A DNA stretch of 56,727 bases, counting the filler, from Sphacelaria rigidula (Eukaryota), in the NCBI GenBank assembly GCA_964200075.2. It is 6 parts of 6 records of this genome, joined end to end, with 100 filler letters (N's around TTAATTAATTAA, not from the genome) between each part and the next. Parts side by side here need not be neighbours in the genome. Positions count along the whole stretch, not along the records: positions 1 to 9,372 come from CAXNAA020008651.1; positions 9,473 to 18,844 come from CAXNAA020008652.1; 4 more parts are not named here. One strand, given 5' to 3'. A program made the translations under genes and the position numbers. The notes below the pieces were generated by a model that was given only the letters and a program-made list of their open reading frames with translations, searched no databases and had not been told where the DNA came from. The number at the start of each line of letters is the position of its first letter. The first letter of the stretch is position 1. Shown in pieces: positions 1 through 11,190 of this stretch.

Positions 1-232
1 GTTGGATTGAGAGATTGAGTACTGTAAGCTTGAGACCAAGCAATCAAAGAGAGATATCATCTACCTGCGCGTGACATTTTGGTATCCTTGAACACATCTG
101 TGGGAGACTGGTATATAGTGTGAACGTACACTGAACAGTACCTTGTGGCTTGGTTGTACGGTCTGTTGACTGTCCCCTTACCCTGCCAAGTGAGCCTGTG
201 TTTGCCATATACAGTAGCTTAACCCTATTACA
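1..232 (+). repeat. 5' LTR (3' portion only)
   Basis: Matches 6138-6369 with 4 mismatches. Ends ...ATTACA and is followed by the PBS. Confidence 0.93.
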
Positions 233-234
233 TT

Positions 235-251
235 TGGTGTCGACGGCAGGA
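235..251 (+). promoter_or_regulatory. Primer-binding site
   Basis: TGGTGTCGACGGCAGGA lies 2 nt after the LTR. Its reverse complement TCCTGCCGTCGACACCA looks like a tRNA 3' end with CCA (T-arm TCCTGCC resembles tRNA-Ser; identity not verified). Confidence 0.8.
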
Positions 252-1320
252 CTACATCCGGATACAAAAACGTTGAGGCAATGACTGACTTGCCGATTCC
301 AGCCAACATTTCTGAACTTCGCTCACTGTTGGGCGGACAATCCTCCTACCGCAAGTGTTCGCCGAACTTGTCTCAACGGATTCGCCCCCTTACTGAGTTA
401 TTCGAGGAAAGAGCCATGTTTACCTTCACAACCGATGGAGAATGTCACCGGCAAATTGTCAAAGACGCTTACCAAAAAGTCGGTAATCTGCTTTCCTGAT
501 TGGGAGGCAGTACAAGATGGCTCTCGCCTTCCCCAACTCCAAACTGATGCCAGCACAAACGGATTGGAGGGGTTTTGAAGCAACCTCGGGTTGATGGCTT
601 CGTCCGACCCATCCTCTATATCAGCCACGCCACCCTGCCCAACGAGGCCAGTTGGAGCCCGCTAGAACTGGAAGGCGGAGTAATGACCTGGACCACCACG
701 CGCCTTCGACAATATCTGTTTCACGTGCCCTTTGAGATTTATACGAATCATCAAGCACTCTAACAACTCGCCAAGGTTGGCGAACACAACCCGCGTGTAC
801 AACAATGTTTGAAGTTTCTAACAGCATACAACAGAAGATTCTATTAAATGAGGTTCATCAATGAAATGAGGTTCGAGCTCTAAACAGTACTTTCTCCACG
901 CTTTCAGCGATGGTGCCCGATGACTTTCTTGTCGGCCTAATGCCCCTCGATCGCGTAGATACTTCTTCAGCGCATTTTATCGACTCTGTAAGCTTACAGC
1001 GCTGTCCGAAACCGCCATTTCTACTTATTTTTTAGGGGGGGGGCGGGTGATATCAGGGAAAACAGCAGTTTTGGTCAGAGCTGTAAGCTCACAGAGTCGG
1101 TAAAATGCGCTGAAAAAGTATCTCCGCGATCGAGGGGCATTAGGCCGACAAAAAAGCCATCGGGCACCATCGCTGAAAGTGTGGAGAAAGTGCTGTTTTG
1201 GGCTCGGAGCTCATTTCATTGATGATCCTCATTTTATATAATCCTCTGTTATACCATTAAGCACCGTCCAGGTCAAACCAACGGGAGCGCTGATTTTATT
1301 TCTCGGCTACCCCTGGCGCC
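252..1320 (+). pseudogene. pol: Gypsy pol remnant: RT C-terminus/connection and RNase H
   Basis: LPIPANISELRSLLGG..YRK..PNLSQRIRPLT; LQTDAS..GLEG; RPILYISHATLPNEASWSPLELE; FEIYTNHQAL; FLTAY[insert]NYTIKHRPGQTNGSADFISRL. Stops and frameshifts present. Confidence 0.88.
832..1248. mobile_element. Foldback MITE with ~190-bp inverted arms
   Basis: CAGAAGATTCTATTAAATGAGG... pairs with ...CCTCATTTTATATAATCCTCTG. Arms pair over ~832-1020 / ~1060-1248. Removing it restores the RNase H frame. Confidence 0.88.
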
Positions 1321-2341
1321 TACGGCCGCAGATTCCAGCCTGGCTTGCAGTTTAACGGAACCCGATGAATCTGGAATTACCCGACTAGACGTTTTTCAAC
1401 GCCCGTTTACGCCCTTGATCTTCAGTGCCCAGAAACGGGTATGCATAGGGGAGGACCTTGCCCTCTACCATATGACGTTGTCTTGGATGGGTAGCGCCCA
1501 CTACCTCTGACTTTGTCGATTTCTACACTTTCGTTACTCGCGCGAAGCTCTTCACGGAGTCACCTTCGGTCACCCACCTAATCTCCGACAACACGCGCTT
1601 CCGGTCTGCTGCCCGCATCACCTCCCCGAGTACTCGGCCGCCACCGATAACACTTGCAAGTTCCACGAGCCACGCAGCACCGGTCCCACGGACCAACACG
1701 CAACGATCCGCGAAAACTCGTGCAACGTGCACCACGCGCCGCGAACAATCCTCACCGCGCACTGATACAGTCCCGCCGCCCATAACGGCGCTACCAACAT
1801 CTACCGCTCCCGAGCTTGGAGCTGACGACTCAGCTTCTGCTCCCGGGACAGATATGGACGTCGGCATTCCCGCCCCGTCGTCTATTCCCCCGTTGCCTAC
1901 CCCACCATGTTTGGTCGGCTCGCCAGCGGAAGGTTAACTACCCGAGTTTCTCGCCAGCTACTCTCCCACCTCGATTGGGCTCGCGAACAAAACGCGGGAC
2001 TGCTATGTCGCGCAGTCATCCGGTATTCACAACTTGACTGTCCAGTCCCTTTTTCATCCGCCCTTCTGGCCCCGGTTGGCACACTGCCCCCACCAGATAT
2101 CTTTGACGTATTCGAACTCGTGCGTGAAGGCACCCTTTTTACTACAAATGAATGTGTACAACTACTTGTGCGTCGCCCCGCGCCTTTGACGGGCGCAATT
2201 TCCGTCTCAACCACGGGACGCCACGCACGGCTACTCGATGACGAACCAACGCGCATATATGTCCCATTATAAATGCGCCCCTGGGTCATGAAAGGCTGTC
2301 ACACAAACTTGTCATGTCACGTTGGCGTCACCCGCACCCTA

Positions 2342-2895
2342 CCGTAGTGGACGGTCTAACTATTTAGGGGTGTTTCGGGGGTTTTCCTCGCGTACTACTC
2401 TTTGATATAGCTCGAAATTGTTAGCGTCGGTAGATTTTGCTACAACAAAACAGATCACCTTCGAAACACAGGTCCCAAGGCAGTGTTTCTCGGTGGTATC
2501 GGGCGAAACGAGTGAATACCCCGTTTATCAGGAGGGTGTTATTAACCGTGAAACACAGTTTTTCGGCCCTAGCGCACTGAGTAGGCAGAATTTCAAAGAC
2601 AGAAAACTGTACATTTTTCTTCAAATATGATCGGGACAGGCTCGATCGACCGAAAATGCAGAAGAGCAAAAACCCGGGCTGAAACGTGGCAGGACCCCCG
2701 ATGACCGGTCAACCCGTAAGTCACTCAATATTGAGTACATATGACTTTTTCTTCTTGGAATGTGGAGCGGATACAAATATCTTCAAATTTCCCATGTGAT
2801 AGGAGGTGGCGAGCGAAAAGAGCCCAAGAAAATCGCCAATCACACGAAAAAATCACAAAACGCCATAAAATGAATAGTCAGACCGCCCGCTACTG
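2342..2895. mobile_element. Tc1/mariner-type MITE (TA TSD), copy 1
   Basis: TIRs CCGTAGTGGACGGTCTAACTATT / AATAGTCAGACCGCCCGCTACTG, flanked by TA on both sides. Removal restores RTL-ALLESFYW. Homologous to 43395-43948. Confidence 0.9.
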
Positions 2896-4185
2896 TAGCG
2901 CTCTTGGAAAGCTTCTACTGGTGAGGTTGGCATGGAAATTTCTACCCGCTTCTGGATTCGGCGATGCTTCAAATGCCAAGCCCAAAAGACTTCACGGCAG
3001 AGAGTACGCTGACCAGTCAACTATATGGGGCTCCCCATCGCGCCAGGCCACCTTGCGTCCTTTGACTACTTTGGCCCTCTACCGACTATAGGTCGCGGCA
3101 ACATCTACATCTTACTCTTCACTGATCGCTTCAGCCGCCACGCGTCCATGTATACGGTAACCGCTGCAAATTTCACTGCCGCCGGATCGGCCGAGATATT
3201 GGTCCACGACTCCATCAAGCACTGCGGTTGCCCGAAGCGACTCCTTTCAGACAATGGTCAGCAATTTTGCTCAGACCTATCTGATGAGCTTCACAAGCTC
3301 CTGGGCATCCGCGAAATTGCCACGAGCGTCCACCACCCGAACGGTAGAGTCAACCACACCTTGGCCCAGCTGCTCTCTATGGTTGTCAATGACCGCCAAT
3401 GTGACTGGGACCTACATCTCTCGCACATCATGTTGTCCTACAACAACTCGTTTAACGCCGCAACAGGCCTTTCTCTGAAGAAACTCCATCTTGACGTGAC
3501 CCTCGGCTACCCATCACCGTGTTTGAGCGACACACGTTCCATGGCCACCAAAGATTGGATCAGGATCAGATATCCCATCACGAGCTAGCGCATCCACGAC
3601 AACGCAAAGCGTTTACCCTCGTGCGCGAACAACATGCTATCAACGCCTCGCGCCTGTAGAGATCTAACACTGCTCTCTACAACCTCATGCACAAACACCC
3701 CAGCTGAAACGTTGGTGATTGGGTTTGGATCTACAACAGTTTGTCGACCACCCGCCAAGGCACCAGCAAGGCAGCCAACGAAACAATTTTGACGACAAAA
3801 TTGCCCTTCAACTGGACAGGACTGTTCAAGATTCTGACAGTCGGACCATCGCCATTATCACCTGATGACAAACCCGTTGGTGACAAACTGCTCTATCTCG
3901 ACCTGCCTCGCAACCTCCAGGGCAAGGACACCAAACCCCGCGTCTCCCTGCACAGATGCAAACCCTGCACGAACCCGCATGATACAGGCGACATGCCCAA
4001 GTACCTGCCTGCCGGACTCACACAGTATGTTCTCAAGAGCTCCTCGACCACATCCCTACCCTACCATCTTACCACCGACGACGTGACGGAACAGCCCCTC
4101 CGATTGACCGTGTCCACCATCTCCGGCCACCAGATAACCCGTGGTCGAGGTGACAAAATTGCTGTCATGTATAAGATCCACTGGC

Positions 4186-4451
4186 AACAACGTTTTCGTG
4201 AGATTGAGAGTAGAGCGCTGATTGAGAGGGGCTTTGATCGTTCGCTTGAAGTCAGCCAATTTTTCAGTCCGTACGTGCCTTTCTTTGCCTCCGTCACTGG
4301 CGTGTGCCTACAGCTACACATCGATATCCTACTCAGGGATATCAAGGGGCTCAGTGGCAAGCCATTACAGAACTAAAACGATTCATTCACTCATTGACCG
4401 CTTTTCACTCTCAATCGCATCCTTTACTCTCAATCTCACGAAAACACTGTT
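4186..4451 (+). mobile_element. AACAA-TIR MITE, copy A (TSD TGGC)
   Basis: AACAACGTTTTCGTGAGATTGAGAGTA...TACTCTCAATCTCACGAAAACACTGTT with TGGC on both sides. Confidence 0.9.
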
Positions 4452-4777
4452 TGGCACAGTCTTCGGAGAGCGTCTTGGGGACGCGAATCCAACCTTCAAT
4501 TGCACCGCTTTACACAATCCTCCTGTTCTGCACGCAATCCAAACATCAGCATCTTGCTCACAACAAGAAATATCGCAACATGCGTCGTGGTGCAGCAGCC
4601 TGCGAACTTTACCGCGATCAGGGACTACGCTTTGTCGCCGATGGTTACGAGCTTGTACCCATCAAGCCTTGTTAGACGAACTTTTTCGCAAACCAGCGAA
4701 TACTGCGCAAGGGCAGCTAGCTTTGGTTCAAAGGCAGCGACAACCTCTGGTGGTTGGGTCAGACCCACTCCGCCAAC

Positions 4778-5059
4778 AACAACGTTTTCGTGGGATTGAG
4801 AGTAGCGCGCTGATAGAGAGTGGTTTTCATCACTCGCTTTGACTTAGCCATTTCTTCGCTCCGTGTGTGTTCTTTTTTGCCTCCAGTACGTGCGTGAACT
4901 CACAGCTACACATCGATATCGTACTCACTGGCAAGTTACTACAGAGAGCATACTGGGCCCCGTGGAGGGGCATTTCGGAACTGAAACGATTCATTCACTA
5001 ATTGACCGCTTTTCACTCTCAATCGTATCTTCTACTCTCAATTCCACGAAAACACTGTT
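4778..5059 (+). mobile_element. AACAA-TIR MITE, copy B (TSD CAAC/CAAT)
   Basis: Same TIRs and internal sequence as copy A. Confidence 0.88.
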
Positions 5060-5861
5060 CAATCTGGTTTCTGCCGACACATACATCGTGCGCTCCATCG
5101 ATGACCCTGCACCCATACAGCTCAAGCTCCGGCCGGCACTATACCCCACCAGCCCATCTGCACCGCGCGGATCCTGATGCCTTCAGCGCCTCAAGTCCAA
5201 AGGAAAACGCCGCGGTCTCCAGCGCAGCATCGACCACACCCACGACGTCCATGCACCGCTTTGAACCACGCTCCTTCGCTGCAATTTTTCCTCCCTTCCT
5301 TGAGTATTGTTTGCCCTCTCTCCCTCACTGGGACCCTAGTCGACGACATCCACAACAGGACCACCTACATCGAACGACGATGGAAGAACAACTGAAACCA
5401 CCCACCATCTACGACTACTGGAGCTCTAGTATCGCCTTCCGGCTGGCGCTCGATCTCGTTGGATCACCGATTTTCAGATTTTGCTTCCGACCAATATGCG
5501 TTGGTGGCACACTGATCTGATCGTTTTTTCTCCTTGGATTCCCCCAGGTTGAAGCTCTGCTCCCTGTTGTACCTCCCTGTTTTCCTCCTCAGTTTTCAAG
5601 GACGCCGAAGCAATTTATGCTTCTTCGTTGATCGCTAGCACGCAGAAGCAGTTTGCACTTCCGCGTTTCGAAGCAGTTTTTCTGCTCCTCGCAGCAGTAT
5701 ATGATTTCCTTACTTTGAGGCGTGGGAGCGGGTACGAGAGTGTTTGCTTAGGTATGCTTTATGAGCCGCTCATAACCTCACGAGTAAAATATAACCTTCG
5801 TTTTCGCTGCCTTGAAGATGAATCCTCGCAGCAGTAATAAAGGTTCGTCTGCGTGGGTTAG

Positions 5862-6369
5862 TGTCATGAAAAGCATATTAGCCTGTTGTCATGCCGCCTC
5901 AGACCCGTCGATCAGTCCGGCTTCATTTTGCATTTCTGGTTATTCTAAGACTGCAGTTCTGTTCAGAGTTGGTCAGGTACGGGTGTGAACTTGTATATGG
6001 CAGAGATGGTGATGGCTTGGATGTGTCTCTGCACATCCAAGCCACCTCTACCTCATTAACATCTACTACCCTCTCCCAGCAAAGAAGTCTAACACCGGTG
6101 AGACTGATCGATTGAGCTTGAGAGATTGGATTGACAGGTTGGATTGAGAGATTGAGTACTGTAAGCTTGAGACCAAGCAATCAAAGAGAGATATCATCTA
6201 CCTGCGCGTGACATTTTGGTATCCTTGAACACATCTGTGGGAGACTGGTATATAGTGTGAACGTACACTGAACAGTACCTTGTGGCTTGGTTGTACGGTC
6301 TGTTGACTGTCCCCTTACCCTGCCAAGTGAGCCTGTGTTTGCCATACATAGCAGCTTAACCCCATTACA
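5862..6369 (+). repeat. 3' LTR (~508 bp)
   Basis: Begins TGTCATG and ends CATTACA (imperfect terminal inverted repeat, TG...CA). The last 232 bp match the 5' LTR. The start is inferred from the termini. Confidence 0.82.
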
Positions 6370-7335
6370 GTTGCGTCGTTGAAAGCCCTAGTGTGTTGCA
6401 TGGAAATGGTTTTGTTATAAATTACCATTCTTCATCACACTCATGGGACATATTGATTTTAACCAATTGTTCTTCAGTTTCGTTGTTTCGACAATTGGGT
6501 CAGCCACACTCAGTCCCCCATTCGCTATTTTTTTCTGATCAAATCAGTTGGTACATACGGTCAACCGCCTCCGAAGTTGATGTGGTGGTGGGTGTTTTTT
6601 CGGAGGGTTTGTTAATGACGAAATCACGCGGTGGTTTGCCTGGCTGGAGTTTATCCTCCCGTTCATGTGCGCACCTTGTTTTCTCGTCCAAACGAGCCAC
6701 CACCGAGGGAGCGGACCGCGTTGGTCCCCTCCCTCTGAGTGCTTGTCGTGGTTCAAAAACTTGTTCTGGGCTATCCGTCTCGGATTTATTTTCGATGGTG
6801 ATGTGTATCCCAAGTACATTTCTCACGACGATACTGAAAGTCAATCACTCGTTCCGATACACTTCCCTATTTCTAGTTTCGTGCAGCGCTTCGAGTCGCT
6901 CCACCCGTCAGACATGCCCAACCGAGGGTAGACAGCGAATGTATGGATAGGCACCAAGGTGGGAGTGCCCCCCCACCCAGGTAGTGTCGGACTTGGGAAG
7001 TAAAACAAAAATGTCCCTCACCGACTAAACCTCCTACAATGTCCCCTAGCTCGACTCTGTACACGAGTCACCCTACCCATCCGGGCGGCGGTCCTCAAGG
7101 GCATACATTTTGACGAAGGTCGGGAACAGTGAACGTACGAGAACGAGAAACCCGAGGGATACAAATCCCATTGCGCTAAACACTATAATATTTTATATCT
7201 TCCCCTGAACCCTTTCGACGGCAACCTGCTTGCAGGACCTCCCCTCACGAGGCTACGCGTAGCAAAACCTCGATACGCTGTCACGGAAGCGGCAGTTCGT
7301 AGGTCCGCGGAGGCTTTCACACCCTGAACAATTCA

Positions 7336-7612
7336 ATACGGTCATATTGGAATATGGCGATGTATTGCCGACGAAAAAAAAATTGGTACCCTGGGAACGC
7401 ACACGTATTGCCCACCCAAGACATATTGGTGTCGTGGGACCGCAAACAATATATTGGTACCATGGGAGTGCACACATGGTGTCCCATGAATATATATTGG
7501 GGCCATGTGGACGACGACATACTGCACGACCCGTATGTTTTGGGCTCGAGTTCGTGACAATATATTACCCGTCAAAATATATTGGGGCCGTGTGAGTGAC
7601 AACATATTGGCC
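7336..7612. repeat. Cluster of short (C)ATATATTGG-like motifs, probable DNA-transposon subterminal repeats
   Basis: Repeated CATATTGG / ATATATTGG motifs at irregular spacing, with no credible ORF. Confidence 0.45.
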
Positions 7613-8384
7613 GGTCGATGCAGATTGAGGCCCGATCAAAACCGCCCTTATACATCAGGTTTCTCCGCATTCGGGATTCCGGTACGAGGCGTTTGATATT
7701 TTTGCAACCGCAGCAGAATAGAGTCTCGTGACAGGGCGTGCCTGCCCGCGCCAGCTGCTGCCGCAGCTTCATGGGGTTTGACGAGTGGATAACAAGTATC
7801 GACGCCGCATCCCGTGACGGTCATATCTTATGCTGCACTGCGCTGCCATATGAATCACTATACCGAACGGTGCTGTACTCTCCTAGCCTACTGTTGCTGT
7901 AGTCGCAGAGTGATGTATGGCACTGGACTACTGAACTCTTCTCGCGCACTGGGTGTTCACTGTTCTCGCAATACCGACTGTACCATCATGTGCTACCACA
8001 CGGCATTATCACGTTCTGTGGTAATGGAGTGTCCTGCATTGTATTACCCTAGGGTACCAAGGTACGACACCGTACTCGAATGATTATCCACCGCCCGCCT
8101 ACTCTTGGGCTTCATGCACGAGTACGCAATACCACACTCGTGCAGAAAATGTCCGTCTGTATACAGAACTATTTCACAAATCTATGATACCGTCTGTACC
8201 ATGAAACGGTCCCCCCGATTTTGAGTTTGCGAATTTGAGTCCCTGTCTCAACAAAATCGTGATTCGTTGCCAGAACAGATGGCCTTATAAATTGTCTCAT
8301 CTACGGGCAACAGTGCTATTCACGTTTGTTCTTCATATTGTCGATGCTGTCGTATTCCTTATTCCTCCTATTCCTTTAAAGGTA

Positions 8385-8949
8385 GTTCTTGGTTATGCAG
8401 GATCAGTGTCTTCTGCGTCGCCAAGAGTCTTCATTTTCGGTCGAGTTTTGTTTATTTTTGTAGGTCGAAATGGGTTCATTTTGGGCAGATATCTCAGACG
8501 GAGGGTGGGCGGAGAATGACGGTCATTCTTTGGTTCTGTAGGATCGGTGTCTCTGCCTCGTTTCGATTTTTAATTTTCGTTCGGGATTTGTCGTGTTTCT
8601 AAGGTTGAATACGTTCATTTTGCGTAGATTTCTCGAACGGAGAATAGGTAGAGCTTCACGGTTATCTTTTTTGTTGTGCAGGACCGGTGTCTTCTGCCTC
8701 GTTTCGATTATTTTTCGGTCGAGTTTCATCGTTGTCGACGATGTTTGTAAGTCCAAAGGGGCAAAAAAAAGAGAACGAGTTATCTCTGAATAGTCTCTTC
8801 GTGTCACAAGAGTCATCTCTGAATTGTATCTTCGCCTCTCGGCACTCCTCTATCTGGGCGACGGCTGGTGCCGGGAGTAACACTCCTCATTACCCTTTGC
8901 CTTGGGAAACGCTCCATGGAGCGGTGGCGCGAAGCGCCACAAACCTTGT
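8385..8949 (+). mobile_element. Helitron-like 3' terminus preceded by ~145-bp diverged tandem repeats
   Basis: Hairpins CGCTCCATGGAGCG (8910-8923) and GTGGCGCGAAGCGCCAC (8924-8940), then AAAC-CTTG-T. Repeat unit GCAGGATC(A/C)GTGTCTTCTGC... recurs at ~8397, ~8538 and ~8678. Confidence 0.55.
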
Positions 8950-8953
8950 ACAT

Positions 8954-9078
8954 ATTATTATTATTATTATTATTATTATTACTACTATTTCCGCACATTA
9001 GTCCGATCTCGCGAACCCGTAGTCACAGACGTAGACTCGCCTTTGCGATACCGCCCTTGCTATTCCTCACCAGATACA
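8954..9078 (-). mobile_element. 3' end of a non-LTR retroposon with (AAT)n tail
   Basis: Reverse complement of ...ACGTCTGTGAC(C/T)ACGGGTTCG(A/C)GAGATCGGACTAATGTGCGGAAAT(AAT)n. Copies at 26473-26594 and 45950-46078. Confidence 0.75.
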
Positions 9079-9372
9079 TTACCAGAATGAAGAAAAGAAA
9101 GACGCCACAAAAAACGGTGGGAAGTATCCCCCCCGAGTTCAAAGAGGAGAGAAAAGAAGGAAAAATAAACAAACGAACAAACTGCAAACGCCAGATCTGT
9201 CAAAAATGTACACCGAAAAAAAGGAAGAGAGAAGAAAATAAAGGACAAAACAGGAAAAGACAGGTGACACAAGAAGGGTGTGTGTGTGTGTATGTGTTGT
9301 CGTCCCATTTATTCTGGGCACCAGAATAAATGGGACGACAACACATACACACACACACACCCTTCTTGTGTC

Positions 9373-9472
9373 NNNNNNNNNNNNNNNNNNNNNNNNNNNN
9401 NNNNNNNNNNNNNNNNTTAATTAATTAANNNNNNNNNNNNNNNNNNNNNNNNNNNNNNNNNNNNNNNNNNNN
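9373..9472. other. Artificial contig linker (N-run, TTAATTAATTAA, N-run)
   Basis: Six-frame-stop 12-mer inside Ns. Repeated at 18845-18944, 28316-28415, 37787-37886 and 47258-47357. Confidence 0.97.
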
Positions 9473-10604
9473 CCGCATCCTGTTGCAAGCTCTCTACCGC
9501 GACCCATTCTGCTTGCTACATCTAATGTACAATACCTAATGCGCACCCAGCACCTGAAAATAGATTGGATGAAACTTTCGGTCTTCGTCATATCCCTGCG
9601 GTTACATGCTAGACTCTTGCTCTTTATGCGCGAATATAATTTTGCATAAAACGGGGTTTGGGGCATAAGCATATGCGTTTTTTGTTGAAACTTACGTTTT
9701 TGGAGATTTCAGCATAATAAAGGCATACAAGCTGAGGTTAACGCATAAATTGGCGCATATAGTACTCCAACGGGATTATGCACCCCGTGTCCAGCAGCTA
9801 GTAGCTGCCGACGGGTGCTCCATGTGGCGTGGTTCGTGGAGTCGTGGCGTTTGTGTTTGTAATTTCTGTTTTTGAACTTTGTTGCGGTTCTGATATCGGT
9901 TATGGTGCTGTATGCAGTTACTTCATGTTGATGTAAAATTGATTTTTTTAAAAGTGTCATATTTCACATCAAACAGCGGCTCCCACCACAACGTCACACA
10001 CCAAACAGTCCAATCGACAACTGTACAGCGCACACAGTGCACAGTGCACCGACAGTACAGCAATAAGCACCACACTACTGTGGCAGAGGAGAAAGAGGCC
10101 AGGGTGACCGAGGTTTGAAATTCCGCGCCCCATCAGCGCGACGCGAAGGAGACCGCTGAGGAGCAGAGGGCGAGAGCTAAAGCGCAGAATATTTTATATT
10201 TTATATTTTATATTATGGCGTTCAACACCAATGAACGGAGAAAAACGAGCAATCCTATCTTCCAAGTAGTCGTGAAATCTCGAAATGTTCAACATGCCGT
10301 CTTGTTTTCTTGCTGGAAGGCGCGTTCCATGGGCGGTGCCGCAAGGAACCCGCCAGGAACAACCTCAAAAAGGATGCGAAAAGCGCGCATAAGTCGCGCA
10401 TATTTTACCAAAACACGCATAAATCGGCGCTTAATATTCACTATTGAACATGAAAAAAATGGGAAAACGCGCATAAAGAGCAAAAGCCTAAGACAAACGC
10501 GGATTTTCAGCATCACGCCACCGTTTCGTGCAGAGGCCAGACTCGTCATTCCTAACCAGCCTCATTGGTCGTTCTCGAGGCCCGGTCCCAGAAGAGGCCC
10601 GATC

Positions 10605-10662
10605 CCAAAAGGGTTAAAGTGCGACAATCAAATCAAAAATCAAAAATCAAAAATCAAAAATC
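10605..10662 (+). mobile_element. 3' end of a non-LTR retroposon with (AATC)/(AAAAATC)n tail
   Basis: GGGTTAAAGTGCGACAATCAAATC... Related ends at 32895-32937, 37906-37962 and 54283-54365. Confidence 0.6.
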
Positions 10663-10698
10663 ATGCCATGCACACAGCATAATCGACGTGGATTGCTA

Positions 10699-11190
10699 GG
10701 GCCTCACTGAGGCCAACTCTAATGGGGAGCGTTCAAAATTCCTGTCGATAACTGCCTTTTGGGCCCTCCTCCGTCGATTCACGCCCGAAAAGAGGGCTAG
10801 GCGGATGTTGACGCCTGGGGATGACTTGCTCTACTCGTTGAGACTGTTCCACTGTAGGGCAACTTTGCATTTCCCGCTGGCCGCACTTTTATTTTTGGCC
10901 AAATCAGGCCAAACACGGATTTTCAGTATGAAACGATCAGGCGATCAAAGTTTCCCTCTGTTTTTTTATCCCTTGATCGTTTTTCATTGAAAATCCGTGT
11001 TTGGCCGAAATGAAAGCGCGGCCAGTGGGAAATGAAAAGTTGCCCTGGAACCGTCTCAATGAGTAGAGCAAGTTATTATTCCAAGGCGTCAACATCTGCC
11101 TAGCCCAGGCGTAAAACCACGGAGAAGGGCCAAAAAGGCAGTTTTGAACAGGAATTTTGAACGCCTCCCATTAGAGCCGGTCTGAGACCC
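10699..11190. mobile_element. Foldback element with ~240-bp inverted arms, GGG...CCC termini
   Basis: CTCTAATGGGGAGCGTTCAAAATTCCTGT... pairs with ...ACAGGAATTTTGAACGCCTCCCATTAGAG. The inner arms GGCCAAACACGGATTTTCA / TGAAAATCCGTGTTTGGCC also pair. No clear TSD. Confidence 0.85.

Larger units (their letters stand above)
2220..4560 (+). pseudogene. Gypsy integrase (Zn finger, core, C-terminal) and chromodomain-like remnant
   Basis: RPWVMKGCH....CHVGVTRTL[insert]ALLESFYW; SFDYFGPLPT..RGNIYILLFTDRFSRHA; GCPKRLLSDNGQQF; DWDLHLSHIMLSYNNS; KLPFNWTGLFKIL; ISGHQITRGRG..IAVMYKIHW[insert]HSLRRASW. Confidence 0.9.
1..6369 (+). mobile_element. Decayed, internally deleted Ty3/Gypsy LTR retrotransposon (5' LTR cut by the contig edge)
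   Basis: 1-232 is directly repeated at 6138-6369. A TGG-starting PBS follows the 5' LTR. Domain order is RT end, RNase H, integrase, chromodomain-like (Gypsy order), with many stops and frameshifts. Confidence 0.93.

Noticed and set aside
6393..6950. Overlapping ORFs on both strands after the 3' LTR
   Set aside because: No recognisable motif or consistent splice pattern, so they cannot be assigned.
9267..9372. Perfect ~50-bp-arm palindrome (miRNA-like hairpin)
   Set aside because: It ends exactly at the contig edge, and the left arm is a SINE tail plus flank. A fold-back read or assembly artefact is the simplest explanation.
9417..9428. TTAATTAATTAA recurring every ~9471 bp
   Set aside because: It is a synthetic six-frame-stop linker inside N runs, not a biological periodicity.
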